From the human T2T-CHM13v2.0 reference genome, Homo sapiens: a stretch of 64,000 bases of DNA. The stretch is taken from NCBI RefSeq assembly GCF_009914755.1, contig NC_060926.1; one strand, 5' to 3'. The translations under genes and the position numbers were made by a program. The notes below the pieces were generated by a model. That model was not told the DNA's origin. It did no database searches and saw only the letters and a program-made list of their open reading frames with translations. Below, piece by piece: positions 48,880 to 63,456 of this stretch; the first letter of the stretch is position 1; each line of letters starts with the position of its first letter.

Positions 48880-49200
48880 GTAAGATTTTACTGTGAGGGT
48901 CTGTCTTCCTGATAGACGAGTTCACTCCTGAGATTAATACCATCACTCCACATAGCTCCAGCTGGCCGTGGCAACTCAATGGCTTGTGTCAATTTTGCCA
49001 TGGCTCCCCTCTCCCTCTCTTCCATTTAATTTCTCTGAATACTCCTTGGTTAGTTTTTGCATTACTTTAGAGGAACGATTTATCATTTAGATGGCCATCT
49101 TCCCAACAAACAACCAAATAAGAGTTATTGTTTCTTTAACTTTCTATTTATCCACACTAATGCATTAAAATATCTCAAATTCATCAGTCCTGGGTTATAA

Positions 49201-49641
<441 letters not shown>

Positions 49642-50528
49642 TAGGATGGGACAGGGATAGGGGATAGGGAGGTAACCAAAGCTAAATAAAACATGCTCAA
49701 GTTTTAAATGGCCTTTCGAGAAAATGTTTCCTAAATACCGGCTGTGTACTTCTCTAATCTTAGGATAGCTTCTGAGTAGTTCCAAGTACAGGCTGTCTGT
49801 GTGCATGAGAAACACAGCCCAGAAGACCCTTGGGCCTAAGTCTCAGTGGGTGAATTCAGGGCTGAGATGAAAGTATTGACTTTCCATGGTCTTCTCCTGT
49901 AAAGGGCTATTCTCCCCTGCCCCATATACAGCAAAGGAATTTAGACTAAAATGTACAGGAGAATATGGGGGCAATTCCCAAATTGCCATCTGGATACCTG
50001 GCACCCACTTCTCCCTGCAAAATGATTCTAAAGCTCACACATTTTCAATGGGCAAGGTTGAAAATGGCCTGAGAATTTGAGTATGAGTGTCTTACATAGT
50101 TAAGGTAGAGTAGTGAGCCTTTGGATGTCCATTCTGCAATAGATTCTGCTATGGTGACTGTATTCTGAACTAGAAGAATTTTTATTGGCTTTGAATGAAG
50201 TGTGAAACATTCTCATGGATTAAGATGTTAGGATTCACAAAGGAAAAAACAAATGTTTGCGATTTTTTTTCTAGCACATCTTGATCATGTAGCTGAGACT
50301 CTGAAGCTCAAAAGCAATGATTTGATAAGGCTTCGATTTTTAACACTTGAATTCCAACACCTTTAAAAATACTAAATGTTTCCCATTTTAAACAAGCCAA
50401 GTGAATGACTGAATTCTTAACCAAAAATAAATGTGAAGTAGATTGATATCACTCTTTGTCCATACAGAACATTATATAAATATTCTCTGGCCTTACTATC
50501 TAGCAAGGCAGGAAAAATAGATCAATTT

Positions 50529-50759
50529 GTTCTCACTCATAGGTGGGAATTGAACAATGAGAACACATGGACACAGGAAGGGGAACATCACACATCGGGG
50601 CCTGTTGTGGGGTGGGGGGAGGGGGGAGGGATAGCATTAGGAGATATATCTAACGTTAAATGACGTGTTAATGGGAGCAGCACACCAACATGGCACATGT
50701 ATACATATGTAACAAACTGCATGTTGTGCACATGTACCCTAAAACTTAAAGTATAATAA
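50529..50759 (+). mobile_element. Short 5'-truncated young L1PA (about PA3-5) 3' end in DHRS9 intron
   Basis: L1 3' UTR with G-rich tract; perfect 17-bp TSD GAAAAATAGATCAATTT (50512-50528 / 50760-50776). Confidence 0.95.
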
Positions 50760-50886
50760 GAAAAATAGATCAATTTACTCTACATCTGAGATTAAAAAGC
50801 AGAAAGACTCACTCACAGAGTTTCAGTATTTGACATTCAGAACCAGAAATAGAGTAACAGCGAGAACTTGAACTATTTCAGTTTAG

Positions 50887-51315
<429 letters not shown>

Positions 51316-51400
51316 TAAATCAAATTAATCAACTTATTAGGAAACAATAGCTGCAAACGTTTACTGAATGCTTATGTACAAGACATCCTATTTAGTACCT

Positions 51401-54400
51401 TTCAAAAAGTCTACCATATTTATCTCTAATTTTTGTGGGTACATAGTAGGTATATATATTTATGGTTATATGAGATATTTTGATATAAGTATACAATGCA
51501 TAGTAATTACATCAAGGTAAGTGGAGTATCCATCACCTCAAGCATTTATCCTTTCTTTGTGTTACAAAAAATCCAATTATACTCTTTGAGTTATTTTTAA
51601 ATCTGTGATAAATTGTTGACTGTAGTCACCCTGTTGTGCTATCAAATACTAGATCTTATTCATTCCATCTAGTTATATTTCTATATTTCTGTACCCCCTA
51701 ACCATTCCCTCTCACCCCCACTACCCTCTCAAGCATCTAGTAACTATCTCTCTACTTTCTGTCTCCATGAGTTTGTTTTAATTTTTAGCTCTCACAAATA
51801 AGTGAGAACATGGGAACTTCGTTTTTCTGTGCCTGGCTTGTTTTACTTAACATAATGACCACCAGTTCCATCCAAGTTGTTGCAAATGACAGGATCTCAT
51901 TCTTTTTTATGGCTCAATAGTACTCCATTGTATATATATACTGCATTTTCCTTATTCATTTTTCTATTGATGGACATTTAGGTTGCTTCCAAATTTTAGC
52001 TGTTGTGAACAGTGCTACAACGAACATGATAGTGTAGATATCTCTTTGATATGTTTATTTCCTTTCTTTTGGGTATATACCCAGCAGCGGTATTGCTGGA
52101 TCATATGGTAGCTCAATTTTTAGTTTTTTGAGAAACCTCCAAACTGTTTTCCATAGTGGTTGTACTAATTTACATTCCCACCAATAGTGTACGAGGATTC
52201 CCTTTTCTCACATCATCATCAGCATTTGTTATTGCCTGTCTTTTGTAAATATGCCATTTTAACTGGGGTAAGGTAATATTTCATTGTACTTTTGATTTGC
52301 ATTTTTCTGATGATCAATGATGTTGAGCACCTTTCATATACCTATTTTCCACTTGTATGTCTTTTCAGAAATATCTACTCAGATCTTTTGCCCATTATAA
52401 ATTGGATTATTAGACTTTTCCCCATAGAGTTAAGTTCCTTATATATTCTGATTTTTAATTCCTTGTCAGATGGGTAGCTTTCAAATATTTTCTCCCATTC
52501 TATGTGTTGTCTTTTCACTTTTTTGATTGTTTCCTTTGCTGTGCAGAAGCTTTTCAAATTGATGTAATCCCATTTGTCCATTTTTGCTTTAGTTGCCTGT
52601 GTTTGTGGCATATTACTCAAGAAATCTTTGCCCAGCTAATTGTCCTGGAGAGTTACTCCAATGTTTTCTTGTAGTAGTTTCAGAGTTTGAGGTCTTAGAT
52701 TTAAGTCTTTAATCCATTTTGATATGATTTTTGTATATGGTAAGAGATTTTGTATATGCACAAGAGATTCTTCTGCATGTGGACATCCAGTTTTCCTAGC
52801 ATCATTTATTGAAAAGACTATCCTTTCCCCAATACATGTTCTTGACACCTTTGTCAAAAACGAATCATTGTAGATGTATGGATTTGTTTCTGGGTTCTCT
52901 GTCCTGTTCCATTGGTCTATGTGTCCATTTTTATACCAGTACCATGCTGTTTTGTTTACTATAGCTTTATAGAAAATTTGAAGTCATGTAATGTGATTCC
53001 TCCAGTTTTGTATTTGTCCAGGGTGTCTTTGGCTACTCTGGGTCTTTTGTGTTTCTATATAAATTTTAGGATTGTTTTTTCTATTTCTGTAAAGAATGTC
53101 ATTGGTATTTTGATAGGAATTGCATTGAATCTGTAGATTGCTATTGGTATTGTGCACATTTTAATAATACTGATTCTTCCAATCCATGAACATGGAATAC
53201 CTTTCCACTTTTTGTATCCTCTTCAATTTCTTTTATCAATGTTTTATAGTTTTTATTGCAGAGAGCTCTCATTTCTTTAAGTTAACTCCTAGGCATTTTA
53301 TTTTATTTTTAACTTGTAAATGGAATTAATTCCTTGATTTCTTTTTTGGATTGTTTGCTGTTGGCATACAGAAATTGTTTGCTGTTGGCAATAGAAATCT
53401 TTTTTGGATTGTTTGCTGTTAGCTACTGATTTTTGTATGTTGATTTTGTATCCTGCAACTTTACTGAATTTATTTGTTCTAATAGTTTTTATGTGTGTGG
53501 AGTCTTTAGGTTTTTCCAAATATAAGATCATATCATCTGCAAACAAGGATAATTTGACTTCCTCCTTTCCAAATTGGGTTGGAGCTCCATTGTATGTTAT
53601 TTGTTTTTGAGGAATCTCCAAACAAATATTGCTGCTTTTAAGATCCTTTCTTTATACTTGACCTTTGGGAGCTTGATTAATAAATGCCTTGTGGTAGTCT
53701 TCTTTGGGTTAAATCTGCTTAGTGTTCTATAACTTTCTTGTACTTGGATATTGGTGTCTTCCTCTAGGTTTGGGAAGTTCTCTGTTGAATGAACTTTCTA
53801 CCCCATCTCTCTCTCTCTCTCCCTCCTCTATAAAGCCAGTAACTCAGATTTGCCCTTTTGAGGCTATTTTTTAGATTCTGTAGCTATGCCTCATTCTTTT
53901 TTTTTTCTTTTGTCTCCTCTGACTGTGTGTTTTCAAATAGCCTGTCTTCAAGCTTACTAATTTTTTTATTTTGCTTGATCAATTCTGCTGGTAAGAGACT
54001 GACTCATTCTTTATTATGTGAATTGCATTTTTCAAATCCAGGATTCCTGCTTGATTCTTTTTAATTATTTGTCTCGTTGTCAAATTTATCTGATAGGATT
54101 CTGAATTCCTTCTTTGTGTTATCTTGAATTTCACTGAGTTTCCTCAAAACAGCTATTTTGAATTCTCTGTCTGAAAGGTCTCATGTCTCTGTCTCACCAG
54201 GATTGGTCTCTTGTGTCTTATTTCATTCATTTGGTGAGGTCCTGTTTTTCTGGGTGGTCTTGATGCTTGTGGATTTTTTTTTTTTATGTCTGTGCATTGA
54301 AGAGTTAGGTATTTATTGCAGTCTTCACAGTCTGGGCTTGTTTGTACTCATCCTTCTGGGGAAGTCTTTCCAGGTATTTGAAGGGACTTGGCTGTTGTGA

Positions 54401-56319
54401 TCTAACTTTTTAGTTCCTGAAGCCATATCTTCATTAGGGGGCAACCCAAGCCCAGTAAGACCGTGCCTCTTGTAGGCTCATAGAGGTACCACCTTGATGG
54501 TCTTGGATAAGATCCAGAAGAATTATCTGGTTTACCAGGAAAAGACTCTTGTTCTCTTCCCTTACTTTCTCCCAAACAAGTGGAGCTTCTGTCTATATAC
54601 TGAGCTGCCTAGAGCTGGTGGAAGAGTGACACAAGCACTCCTGACCACCATCATTGGGACTGCACTGAGTCAGACCCAAGGCCCTCTGTAATATTGCCTG
54701 GCTACTGCCTATGTTTACTCAAAGCCCTGAGGCTCTACAATTAGCAGGTGGTGAAGCCAGCCAATAAGACTTGTGTCCTTCCCTTCGGGGTGGCAAGTTC
54801 TCCCTACCCTTGGGTGAGGTGTCCAGAGATGCCATGTGGAAGCCAGGGGCTGGAGTCAGAAACTTTAGGAATCTACCTGGTAATCTATTCTACTGTGGTT
54901 GAGCCAGCATCCAAACCACAATACAAAGTCTTTCCCACTTTTCCCTCCCCTTTTCACAAGCAGAGGAGTCTCTCACCATAGCTACTACCACCTCAGGCCT
55001 GCGGGAAGTATTGCCTGGCTATGACCAATGTTTACTCAAAGCCCAAGGGCTCTTCAATCAGCTTGTGGTCAATGTTGTTAGGGTTGAGACTCTCATTTCA
55101 GGGCACTGGGCTCCCCTCTGGCCCAGGATAGGTTGAGAAATGCCATCTAAGAGCCAAGGCCTGGAATTGGAGACGCTAAGTGCCCACTTGGTGCTCTACC
55201 CCACTGTAGTCAAACCAAGCTGGCACCTAAGCTGCAAGACAACATCTCCTTTACTCTTCCGTCTCCTTTTCTGAAGCACAAGGAGTCTCCCCCTATAGCC
55301 ATCATAGCTGGGAATGTCCTAGGTCACACCTGAGGCCAGCATGTCTCTGAGTCTCACCCAAGGCCCATGGTGAGTACCTTGGGTATTGCTCCTGATTTTT
55401 CAGGGCCCAAGGGCTCTTTAGTCAGCAGGTAATGAATTTTGCTAGGACTAATTTCTTCCCTTCAAGGCAGTGGGTTTCCTTCTGGCTCAGGACAAGTCTA
55501 GAAATGTTGTCCAGGAGGTAGGGCCTGGAATAGGGGCCTCAGGACTCTACCTGGTGCCCTATCCTACTGTGGCTAAGCTGTTATCCAAGTCACAAGACAA
55601 AGTCCTCTTTATTCTCCCCTTACCTCTCCTCAAGCAAAGGGAAGGAGTCTCTCCAAGAGCTGTGGGCTGCGCGGTCTGGGGCTGGGGGAGGGGTAGCACA
55701 AGCACTCTCCTGGCTGCCCAAGCTGGCATCTTACTAGGTTGCTTGCCCCCCAAGTCCACTGTCTCCGAGCACAGCACCAGGACTTGCCCAGGAATTGCAA
55801 TCCTTGTGACCTGGACTGCCTTTGAAGTTTATTTAGAACCCCACAGCACGTTAGCCCACACTGTTGAGGCTTGCTGGCACTCAGGTTCCAGCTACTGAAA
55901 TGGGCAATTCCTCCTCCGGCTAGGGCTGGTTTGAATGCTCCCTCTATGGGTGCTGGCTGAGTTCTGCCTGGTGTTGCTTTCCACTGTGACAGGGCAGCAC
56001 TGAGTTCCAATGCAAAGTCCCACAATCACTGTGCTCTCCCTCCCACCCCAAGTACGCAGATTCTGCCTCCATGCCACAGAGTTGCTGCTGGTCTATGGAG
56101 GAGGAGTAGCATCAACAATTCAAGACTGTCTTTCCTACCCTCTTCAGGGCCTCTTTCAGTGATATGAAGTTAAAGTGATATAAAGTTAGGGACTGTGATC
56201 ACTCATCTGATTTTTGGTTTTATGAAGGTTTTTTTGCATGAATAGTTGTTTAATTTGGTGTTCCTGTGGGGAGGATGATCAATGAAGGCTTCTATTTGGC
56301 CATCCTGCTCCACCTCTAC
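51401..56319 (-). mobile_element. L1MA-type element with both ends but a large internal deletion, antisense in DHRS9 intron
   Basis: L1MA2/3-like 3' end near 51425, RT remnant (LSLFADDMILYLE), ORF1 and 5' UTR to 56319; TSD CCTATTTAGTAC at 51387-51398 and 56320-56331. Confidence 0.9.
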
Positions 56320-56331
56320 CCTATTTAGTAC

Positions 56332-56470
56332 TTTAAGTTATTCCCAGTGTATAGATGATGCCACTAAAACTAAAAGAGTTTAATTAATTTGCGCAAGGTC
56401 ACCCAGCTGGTAAGTGGCAGAACTGAGATTTGAACCCAAGTTTAACTCCTTTTTACTTTTTGCCTTAATA
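56332..56470 (-). mobile_element. MIR fragment (the part at ~51345-51400 is its other half, split by the L1)
   Basis: aatttgcgcaaggtcacccagctggtaagtggcagaactgagatttgaacccaag. Confidence 0.7.
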
Positions 56471-57487
56471 CATGATGCTCAGAGTGGCAGCGAATTTATA
56501 TTCAACTGGTCAGTTTGTCAGATATTTAGGGAATCATATAGAAAGGCTAGATCAGAATAGGCTTCTCCATTGGTTTACTGTCAGTTGCAGACACAACAGT
56601 ACCACCCTATTTAAACCTTCAGTAGAAAACCATTAGTTCTTAAATAGCTTCTCCAAGCATGCTGTCCAAGCTTTATAGCTTCATTCCGTGGGAGAGACTG
56701 GGGGAAGTGTGCTTAATCCATCTTACCTGGAACCAGAACTTATCACCATCAGTTCAAATCCCCTAAAGTACAAGTGGTTCTTTCAGTCAAGATTCTGGCA
56801 GGAAATGGTGGCACATTAAAACTGGGTAAAAGGCAGAGAGTATGCTTAAAGGACTTATAAACATGTGTGAGGTATCTACTGAAATCTCAAAGGATACAAT
56901 CTAGGGGCTAATGACAGTAGGTGTATTTCTCTTCAGAGGACTGAAGGGACAAGGAGACAGGGCAGTTTCCAGAACCTGGAGACGCAGAGGCTGTTGTTTT
57001 CAGTTAAGGGATAAAAATAACCAGTGTTGACACCACAGGAGGATAACTACTCTGACCCCCTCACCTCTTTCCTGATCCCCCACTGGCACTTTCAATAGAC
57101 TGAACTCAACAGAAGCCAGAGTATACTTAGTGCAGGTAAGATTCCCAGGATATGATGCAGACAGAGGGTGGAGGAAAGGACTAGAGAAGCAAGCGGAAGA
57201 TATTCAGCTGAGTGGTGCCACAATAGGCAAGTGAGAAGACAAAGTTAGTTATAGTTTTTCCTTTGATTCATCCATTTATTTATTTGACTATTATTTGTTG
57301 AAGGCATATGTTAGAGTTTATGATTTATACCATGGACCTAGGTTTAGTTTACTAATAAAAGGTTAAAATTACTCCACTGAAATTAATAAAGATAGAGCAA
57401 CTTCATTTTGCCATTTGATCAGGTTGCCAAGTTTGATTCTCCTAGGAAATAAGCACAAAAATATTGGAACAATTCTTCCAAAAAACT

Positions 57488-57628
57488 AATGTGCATTTGA
57501 ATCACCTGGGGATCTTTTCAAAATGCAGATTTTGATTAAGTGGATCTGGAGAGGAGCCTGAGACCCTGCATTTCTAACAAGCTCCAGGTGCTGCCCATGG
57601 TTCAGGGATCACACTTTGAGTAGCAAGG
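57488..57628. mobile_element. MER5-type hAT-Charlie fossil
   Basis: gaatcacctggggatcttttcaaaatgcagatt...ctgcatttctaacaagctccaggtg...cacactttgagtagcaagg. Confidence 0.8.
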
Positions 57629-58452
57629 TCATAAAAAAACCTCCATTGGTCTCTTTGGTTGACCTTTGTTTCCACTCTACAACCAGCAGTATCATAATAA
57701 AATTGTAGTATATGTAATTAGAGATTTACTCACTTTTAAAAAAGATTTCAACTGAAGGGTTTGTGAGCTTTGCCATGCAGGTATGCCATGCCTAATAGTA
57801 ATCAATAAAGAGTATTTTTCTTAAATGAATCATGGAACTAGTATTTTAAATGGTGTTATGTAGGTGCGCCACAATCCAGTGTCAGCGTCACAATTTCTAT
57901 ATATAGGAGGGTTTAGGGGCAGCAGTCCATTTGAGAGAGGGTTGGGGCTCCTTAAAACTGTATTTTCCCAGCATGCATACTGATTTAATATGGTTTTTAC
58001 TTACCTGGTAAGCTTAGTTGGAGGGCGTAAGGCCACTTGTCCCTAGTACGTTATTTTTATGAGTGGGTGGGGAGAAAAGTCTTCCTAAATAGCCTCTTGG
58101 CACTGCTACTTCCACAATCTAGAGGAAATTGGGCAACAGGTGAATAAAACAAAAGTAAGTTGGGAAATAATCTTTTTTAATTTTAGTACAAGTCATATAC
58201 CTTACAGAATATTTCAAGGTCAAGCTAACTTGCATTTTTAGTAAAATATATTTCAAACTTTACAATAATAACGTTGCTAGAAAGCAGAACCTAAGAAAAA
58301 ATAAATTACATTTTAAGTCCACTAATAGAGCTTTTAAAAATCTTATGGTGAAGAGTTTTATAAAATGAATAAATACTTCCTTATATTATATATTCCTGGT
58401 AGGAAAATAAATCAAATTTAGGAAACGACTATTCATATACTGGTTTGCTGTA

Positions 58453-58854
58453 CAGGTGGTCCCTGACTTGCAATGTTAAACATGACTTTTCAACTTTACA
58501 ATGGTGTGAAAGTGAGATGCATGCATTACAAACTTTTCTTAGAATTTGGAATTTTGATCTTTTACCAGCAGCAATATGTACAATACTCTCTCGCGATGCT
58601 GTGCAGTGGCAGTAAACCCCAGCTCCCCGTCAGCCGTTGCAATCACAGGGCAAAGAACTGCTATGCTGCAGGGCACTGTGTGGCCAGATGATTTTGCCCC
58701 ATTGTGGGCCAATGTAAGTGTCCTGAGGACGTTTAATGTAGGCTAGGCTAAGCCATGATGTTTGACAGGTTAGGTATATTAGATGCATTTTTTGACATAG
58801 GATATTTTCAACTTACAATGAGTTTATCAGGATGTGACCCCACAGGAACATCTG
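58453..58854. mobile_element. MER47-like (Tigger family) MITE
   Basis: TA TSDs at 58451-52 and 58855-56; termini caggtggtccctgactt / ggaacatctg; internal gtaggctaggctaagccatgatgtttg. Confidence 0.8.
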
Positions 58855-58952
58855 TATATTGGTTTGCTTTAAAGAAAGGGGCACCATGATTCCTGTAAAA
58901 CCTTGATGCCTAGGGAATGAGTAGGCTTTTAGTTTTCTGCTGCAGCATGATA

Positions 58953-58997
58953 TAAAATAAAATAAAATAAAATAAAATAAAATAAAATAAAATAAAA
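58953..58997 (+). repeat. (TAAAA)9 microsatellite
   Basis: Nine perfect pentamers. Confidence 0.97.
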
Positions 58998-59460
58998 CTT
59001 GCTCAACAGCATAGGGAGCAGGTTAGTCACATCAGGGATTATCGTATTGTGTCCTTCAGCACATCCTCATTTGTGCTGCAATCTCCTTATGTTGCTAGAA
59101 TGGAGGTGAACTTGTCCATCCAGGCTATCATTAGTTCATTTCACCATAAGGTGGTTTAAGTACTGATAAGAAACCTGTTCATAACCTGAATGTCCACTTA
59201 GTCAATGATGAGAGCGTGGAGAACACTCTAGGAAGAACAACAGTGGACTGGGGGTGGTGTCCACCCAGATCCCTTTCCTGTCCTGCCGTTAACTAGTCCT
59301 CACTTCACCACTCTGAACCTCAGTTTCCTCACTTGCAAAATGAAAGGGAGAGAGAATAAGATATTTCTTTCAAATGCACCCAAATCTGTGATTCCATGAA
59401 AAGATTCGTGAGAAAATAGTCACTCAAATAGCAAATATTTTCTAAACAAACCCGGATTAA

Positions 59461-59679
<219 letters not shown>

Positions 59680-59814
59680 TAGAATTCTTTGTCCTGAACA
59701 GCATGAAGGAGATTCAAATACAGATGAAATAACAAGGTTCTGAGTAATACCCCAATAAGGATCTTAACCATGGATCAGGGATCTCCTATTAATTTCAGTG
59801 TCATCTCTTGCTTC

Positions 59815-60030
59815 TGTTTATAAACATTTACTGAGCAATTACAAACTGCCAAGTTATCTGCTAAGTGTCTTATGAATTATATTATTTACTCCTCAAAAAC
59901 TATTAGAGTAATGAGCAGAGGCTTGAGAAAGTGAAATGTCCTGCTCAAGATTACACAACACCTCCTAGTCATGCCTGGACCTGAGCCCAGGAAGGCAAGT
60001 CGAGCCACGGTCTTCACCTTTGCCATACCT
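59815..60030 (-). mobile_element. MIR fragment
   Basis: aacatttactgagc...gaggcttgagaaagtgaaatgtcctgctcaagattacaca. Confidence 0.6.
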
Positions 60031-60469
60031 CCTCTTTTCCTCAAGCACCAGCTGTACACTTGGCATTAAGGATTTATGGTGGTTACAAAAGATGGAAAAG
60101 GTTCAGCCTCTGACCTTTAGTTTACAACCTAGTTGACAACAAGAAGTAACCAAGCGAGAATGTAAAACAATGAAATAATGTAGCACACAATAAAATTAAT
60201 CCTTTACTTCTTAGGTGTAATCTAACAGCCCAGAAATGGTGCTAGATGGTGTGGTTTCTAATTCCCCAGGGAATTTAGACCAGGAAAAGAGCATGGCTGG
60301 TTAAGCCCTAATGGGGCAGGTCAGGTTTGAATAAGAGGAAAGGACAGGAAATAATTACTTGGGTGGAAACTTTCTGGAGCAGGAACACATGGAGGAGAAG
60401 ATGGAAGACACCAGGAGCCTTCCTGGTCAAGAGATTGAGTCAGAGATGGGAGAATAATAATAAAGATGA

Positions 60470-60700
60470 CATAATGACAACTAACAAATAGTAAATATTT
60501 ACTATGTACTTGTCACCATTCTAAGTGCTTTACAGGGACACTCATTTAAAATCCCCCAAAAAACTCTTATTATCGTCTTCATTTTATAGAAATAGAGGCA
60601 TAGAGAATAACTTACCAAAATTGTACCACCAGTAAGTGGAAGAGCTAGATTTGGACCCAGGCAGCCTGACCGTGCCATTTATGCTTGGCCATGGCACTAT
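60470..60700 (-). mobile_element. MIR fragment
   Basis: tttactatgtac...attctaagtgcttta...catttttatagaaatagaggcatagag...agtaagtggaagagctagatttggacccaggcag. Confidence 0.7.
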
Positions 60701-61028
60701 AATGTGAACAAGGCATTAAGGACTTTGGTTACACTCCTGTTATCAGGCTTTCCCCTCCGCCACAAACTTCTTGGGTCGGTTAAAGTTTACTTGATATTCC
60801 TCAAGTACTCACTGACCTCCTGCTTTGAGTTGAGCAGGGTTCCACCTAACTATGGGTAGTTCTTTCCCTCCAAACTGTGCTCAGGCCTCTTAATCAGTGG
60901 ACTTGGTAAGACTGTCAACTGTGGCAAGGTTCATGGTCAGGAGTTTTCAAGGCAGAGCTGAAAGCCAAGTCAGACCCACCTGGAGAGGTTTTTAAAATGA
61001 CTGACTCCTCCAACCACCATTACCCTAA

Positions 61029-61068
61029 ACACACACACACGCACACACACACACATGCACACACACAG
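61029..61068 (+). repeat. Interrupted (CA)n microsatellite
   Basis: acacacacacacgcacacacacacacatgcacacacacag. Confidence 0.9.
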
Positions 61069-61664
61069 AGGTACACACATTATCTATATATCAACTGAAA
61101 TGTCTGGTCTTACAAACATCTTAGTGCTGACATGCCACTATAGGTTTAGAGCCACTGCCATCAAATACTCTACTTTTCAGTTCCTGACTCTGAAGGTTCT
61201 ATGTAGGTTCCATCTAAGATGGAACTTAATACTTCAGAAACAAAACCCCTCATTTAAAAGAGCTTTCTCTGTTTGATATTGATACCGATACTTTTTAAAT
61301 GCCTTTGAATATATCACTGACTTCCATCTCCAATTATTTTTGGCTTGGTTCCTGGTTCATGTGTTCTGTCTCAGAAATACCAAAAGGCATTGAGCTCAGT
61401 TTTACACTGGTTGTTCTCACTAGAGTTTTCAAGTCAGGACTTGGAGATCAGCCAAAGTCACGGTCCCAAAGTAGACCACAAATTGAAGGTCATCTTTTCT
61501 TAATTTCCCAAGCTGGGATAGTAGGAGTTTAAAATAGCCACTAAGACTTATTAGGTTCTTTGAACAACTTGTGGCCAGTGGGACTTGAAGTTGAAAGAAA
61601 GATCTAACATCATAGACTTTCCCTTGAGAAGACACAGCTCAGGTATGGTTTAAAAGTATGTGAG

Positions 61665-62520
61665 AATCATATGATAGCTCTACTTTGAATTTGGGGGGGA
61701 AATCTCTATGCCATTTTCCATAATGACTGTACTAATTTACATTCTCACAAACAGTATACAAGAGGTTTTCTCCATGCCCTTGTCAATACTTGTTATCTTT
61801 TGTCTTTTGATAGTAGCCATTCTAACAAATGTGAGGTGATATCTCATTTTGGTTTTAATTTGCATTTCCCTGATGATTAGTGGTGACAAACATTTTTTTC
61901 ATATACCTGTTGGCCATTTGTATCTTCTTTTGAGAAAAGTCTGTTCAGATTCTCTTCCCATTTTTAATCAGGTTATTTCTTTTCTTGCTGTTGAGTTTCT
62001 TATACATTTTGGATATTAACTGTGCCTAAGATATAAAGTTTGCAAATATTTTTTCCCATTCTGTATGTTTTCTCTTCACTCTTTCAACTGTTTCCTTTGC
62101 TGTGCAGAAGCTTTTTAGTTGGATACAGTCCCACTTATCTAGTTTTGCTGTTGTTTAGCTTTGTGTTTTTGGGGTCATATCCAAAGAAATCATTGCCCAG
62201 ACCAATGTCAAGAAGTATTTCCTTTATGTTTTCTTCTAGTAGTTTTTTTTTTTTTTTAATAGAGATGAGGTCACACTATGGTGCCCAGGATGGTCTTGAA
62301 CTCCCTGGGATCAAGTGATCTTCCCACCTCAGCCTCCCAAAGTGCTGTAATTACAGGTGTGAGCCACCATGCCAGGCCTCTTTTGGCAGTTTTATAATTT
62401 CAGGTCTATGTTTAAGTCTTCAATCCATTTTAAGTTGATTTTTTTATATGGTGTAAGATTCAGTTTCATTCTTCTTCATGTGGATATACTGTTTTCCCAA
62501 TACCATGTATTGAAAAGACT
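61665..62520 (-). mobile_element. L1M ORF2 3' fragment containing an Alu monomer (62243-62378, minus strand)
   Basis: gtactaatttacattctcac...gatatctcattttggttttaatttgcatttccctgatg; FLAM-like ttttaatagagatgaggtcacactatg...gagccaccatgccaggcc. Confidence 0.85.
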
Positions 62521-62861
62521 GGGGTTGTAATCCACCACTAATCCCTTGTAAAATCCCTGCCTCTCTAAAGGTATCTTCGCTCATTATTCAAACATCTCAT
62601 TTGCATGAGAACTGGGATCCTTTTAGCTTCCTGAGTCAGTACATTTGGGGATGATTCTCTCTTTATTTACAGATTATAGAAGCCTATACAAGTGCACAAT
62701 TACATCCACACATGCATGCACATACATGCACAAGCACATGTGCAACCCACATTTTCTCTAGACACATAATCCCCTAAAACAAATTAGAAATCAAACATAC
62801 AACTTTCTAGGCTTAGGGGCCTCATGGGCTTTATGAAGTATCGTTTCCTCATTGCTCTAAA

Positions 62862-63050
62862 GCACTGAGGGATCAAAGTTTGATCCCTGGACCAGCAGCA
62901 TCAGCATCATCTGGAAATTTGTTAGAAATGCTCATTCTTGGGCCCCACCTCATACCTCAGTCAGAAACTCTGGAGGTGGAACCGAGAAACCTGGGTTTTA
63001 ATGAGCTCTCTAGAAGAATCTGCTGCCAACCCAATCTTGAGAGCTGCTGG
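62862..63050. mobile_element. MER5A (hAT-Charlie)
   Basis: ggaccagcagcatcagcatcatctggaaatttgttagaaatgc...cagaaactctggaggtgg. Confidence 0.82.
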
Positions 63051-63210
63051 TCTAAAGAAAGCATTGCAATATCATTTTCTGAGGAATAGATAGTAAATCC
63101 TCAAAATGAGCCTCAATTATAATGGACAATTCAGAATAAATCCCCTTGTATCCATCCTCCCCTTTGCACCCTAGACTTCCACTCTGCTTTCCCCTTCTAC
63201 CAAAGAGTAA

Positions 63211-63456
<246 letters not shown>

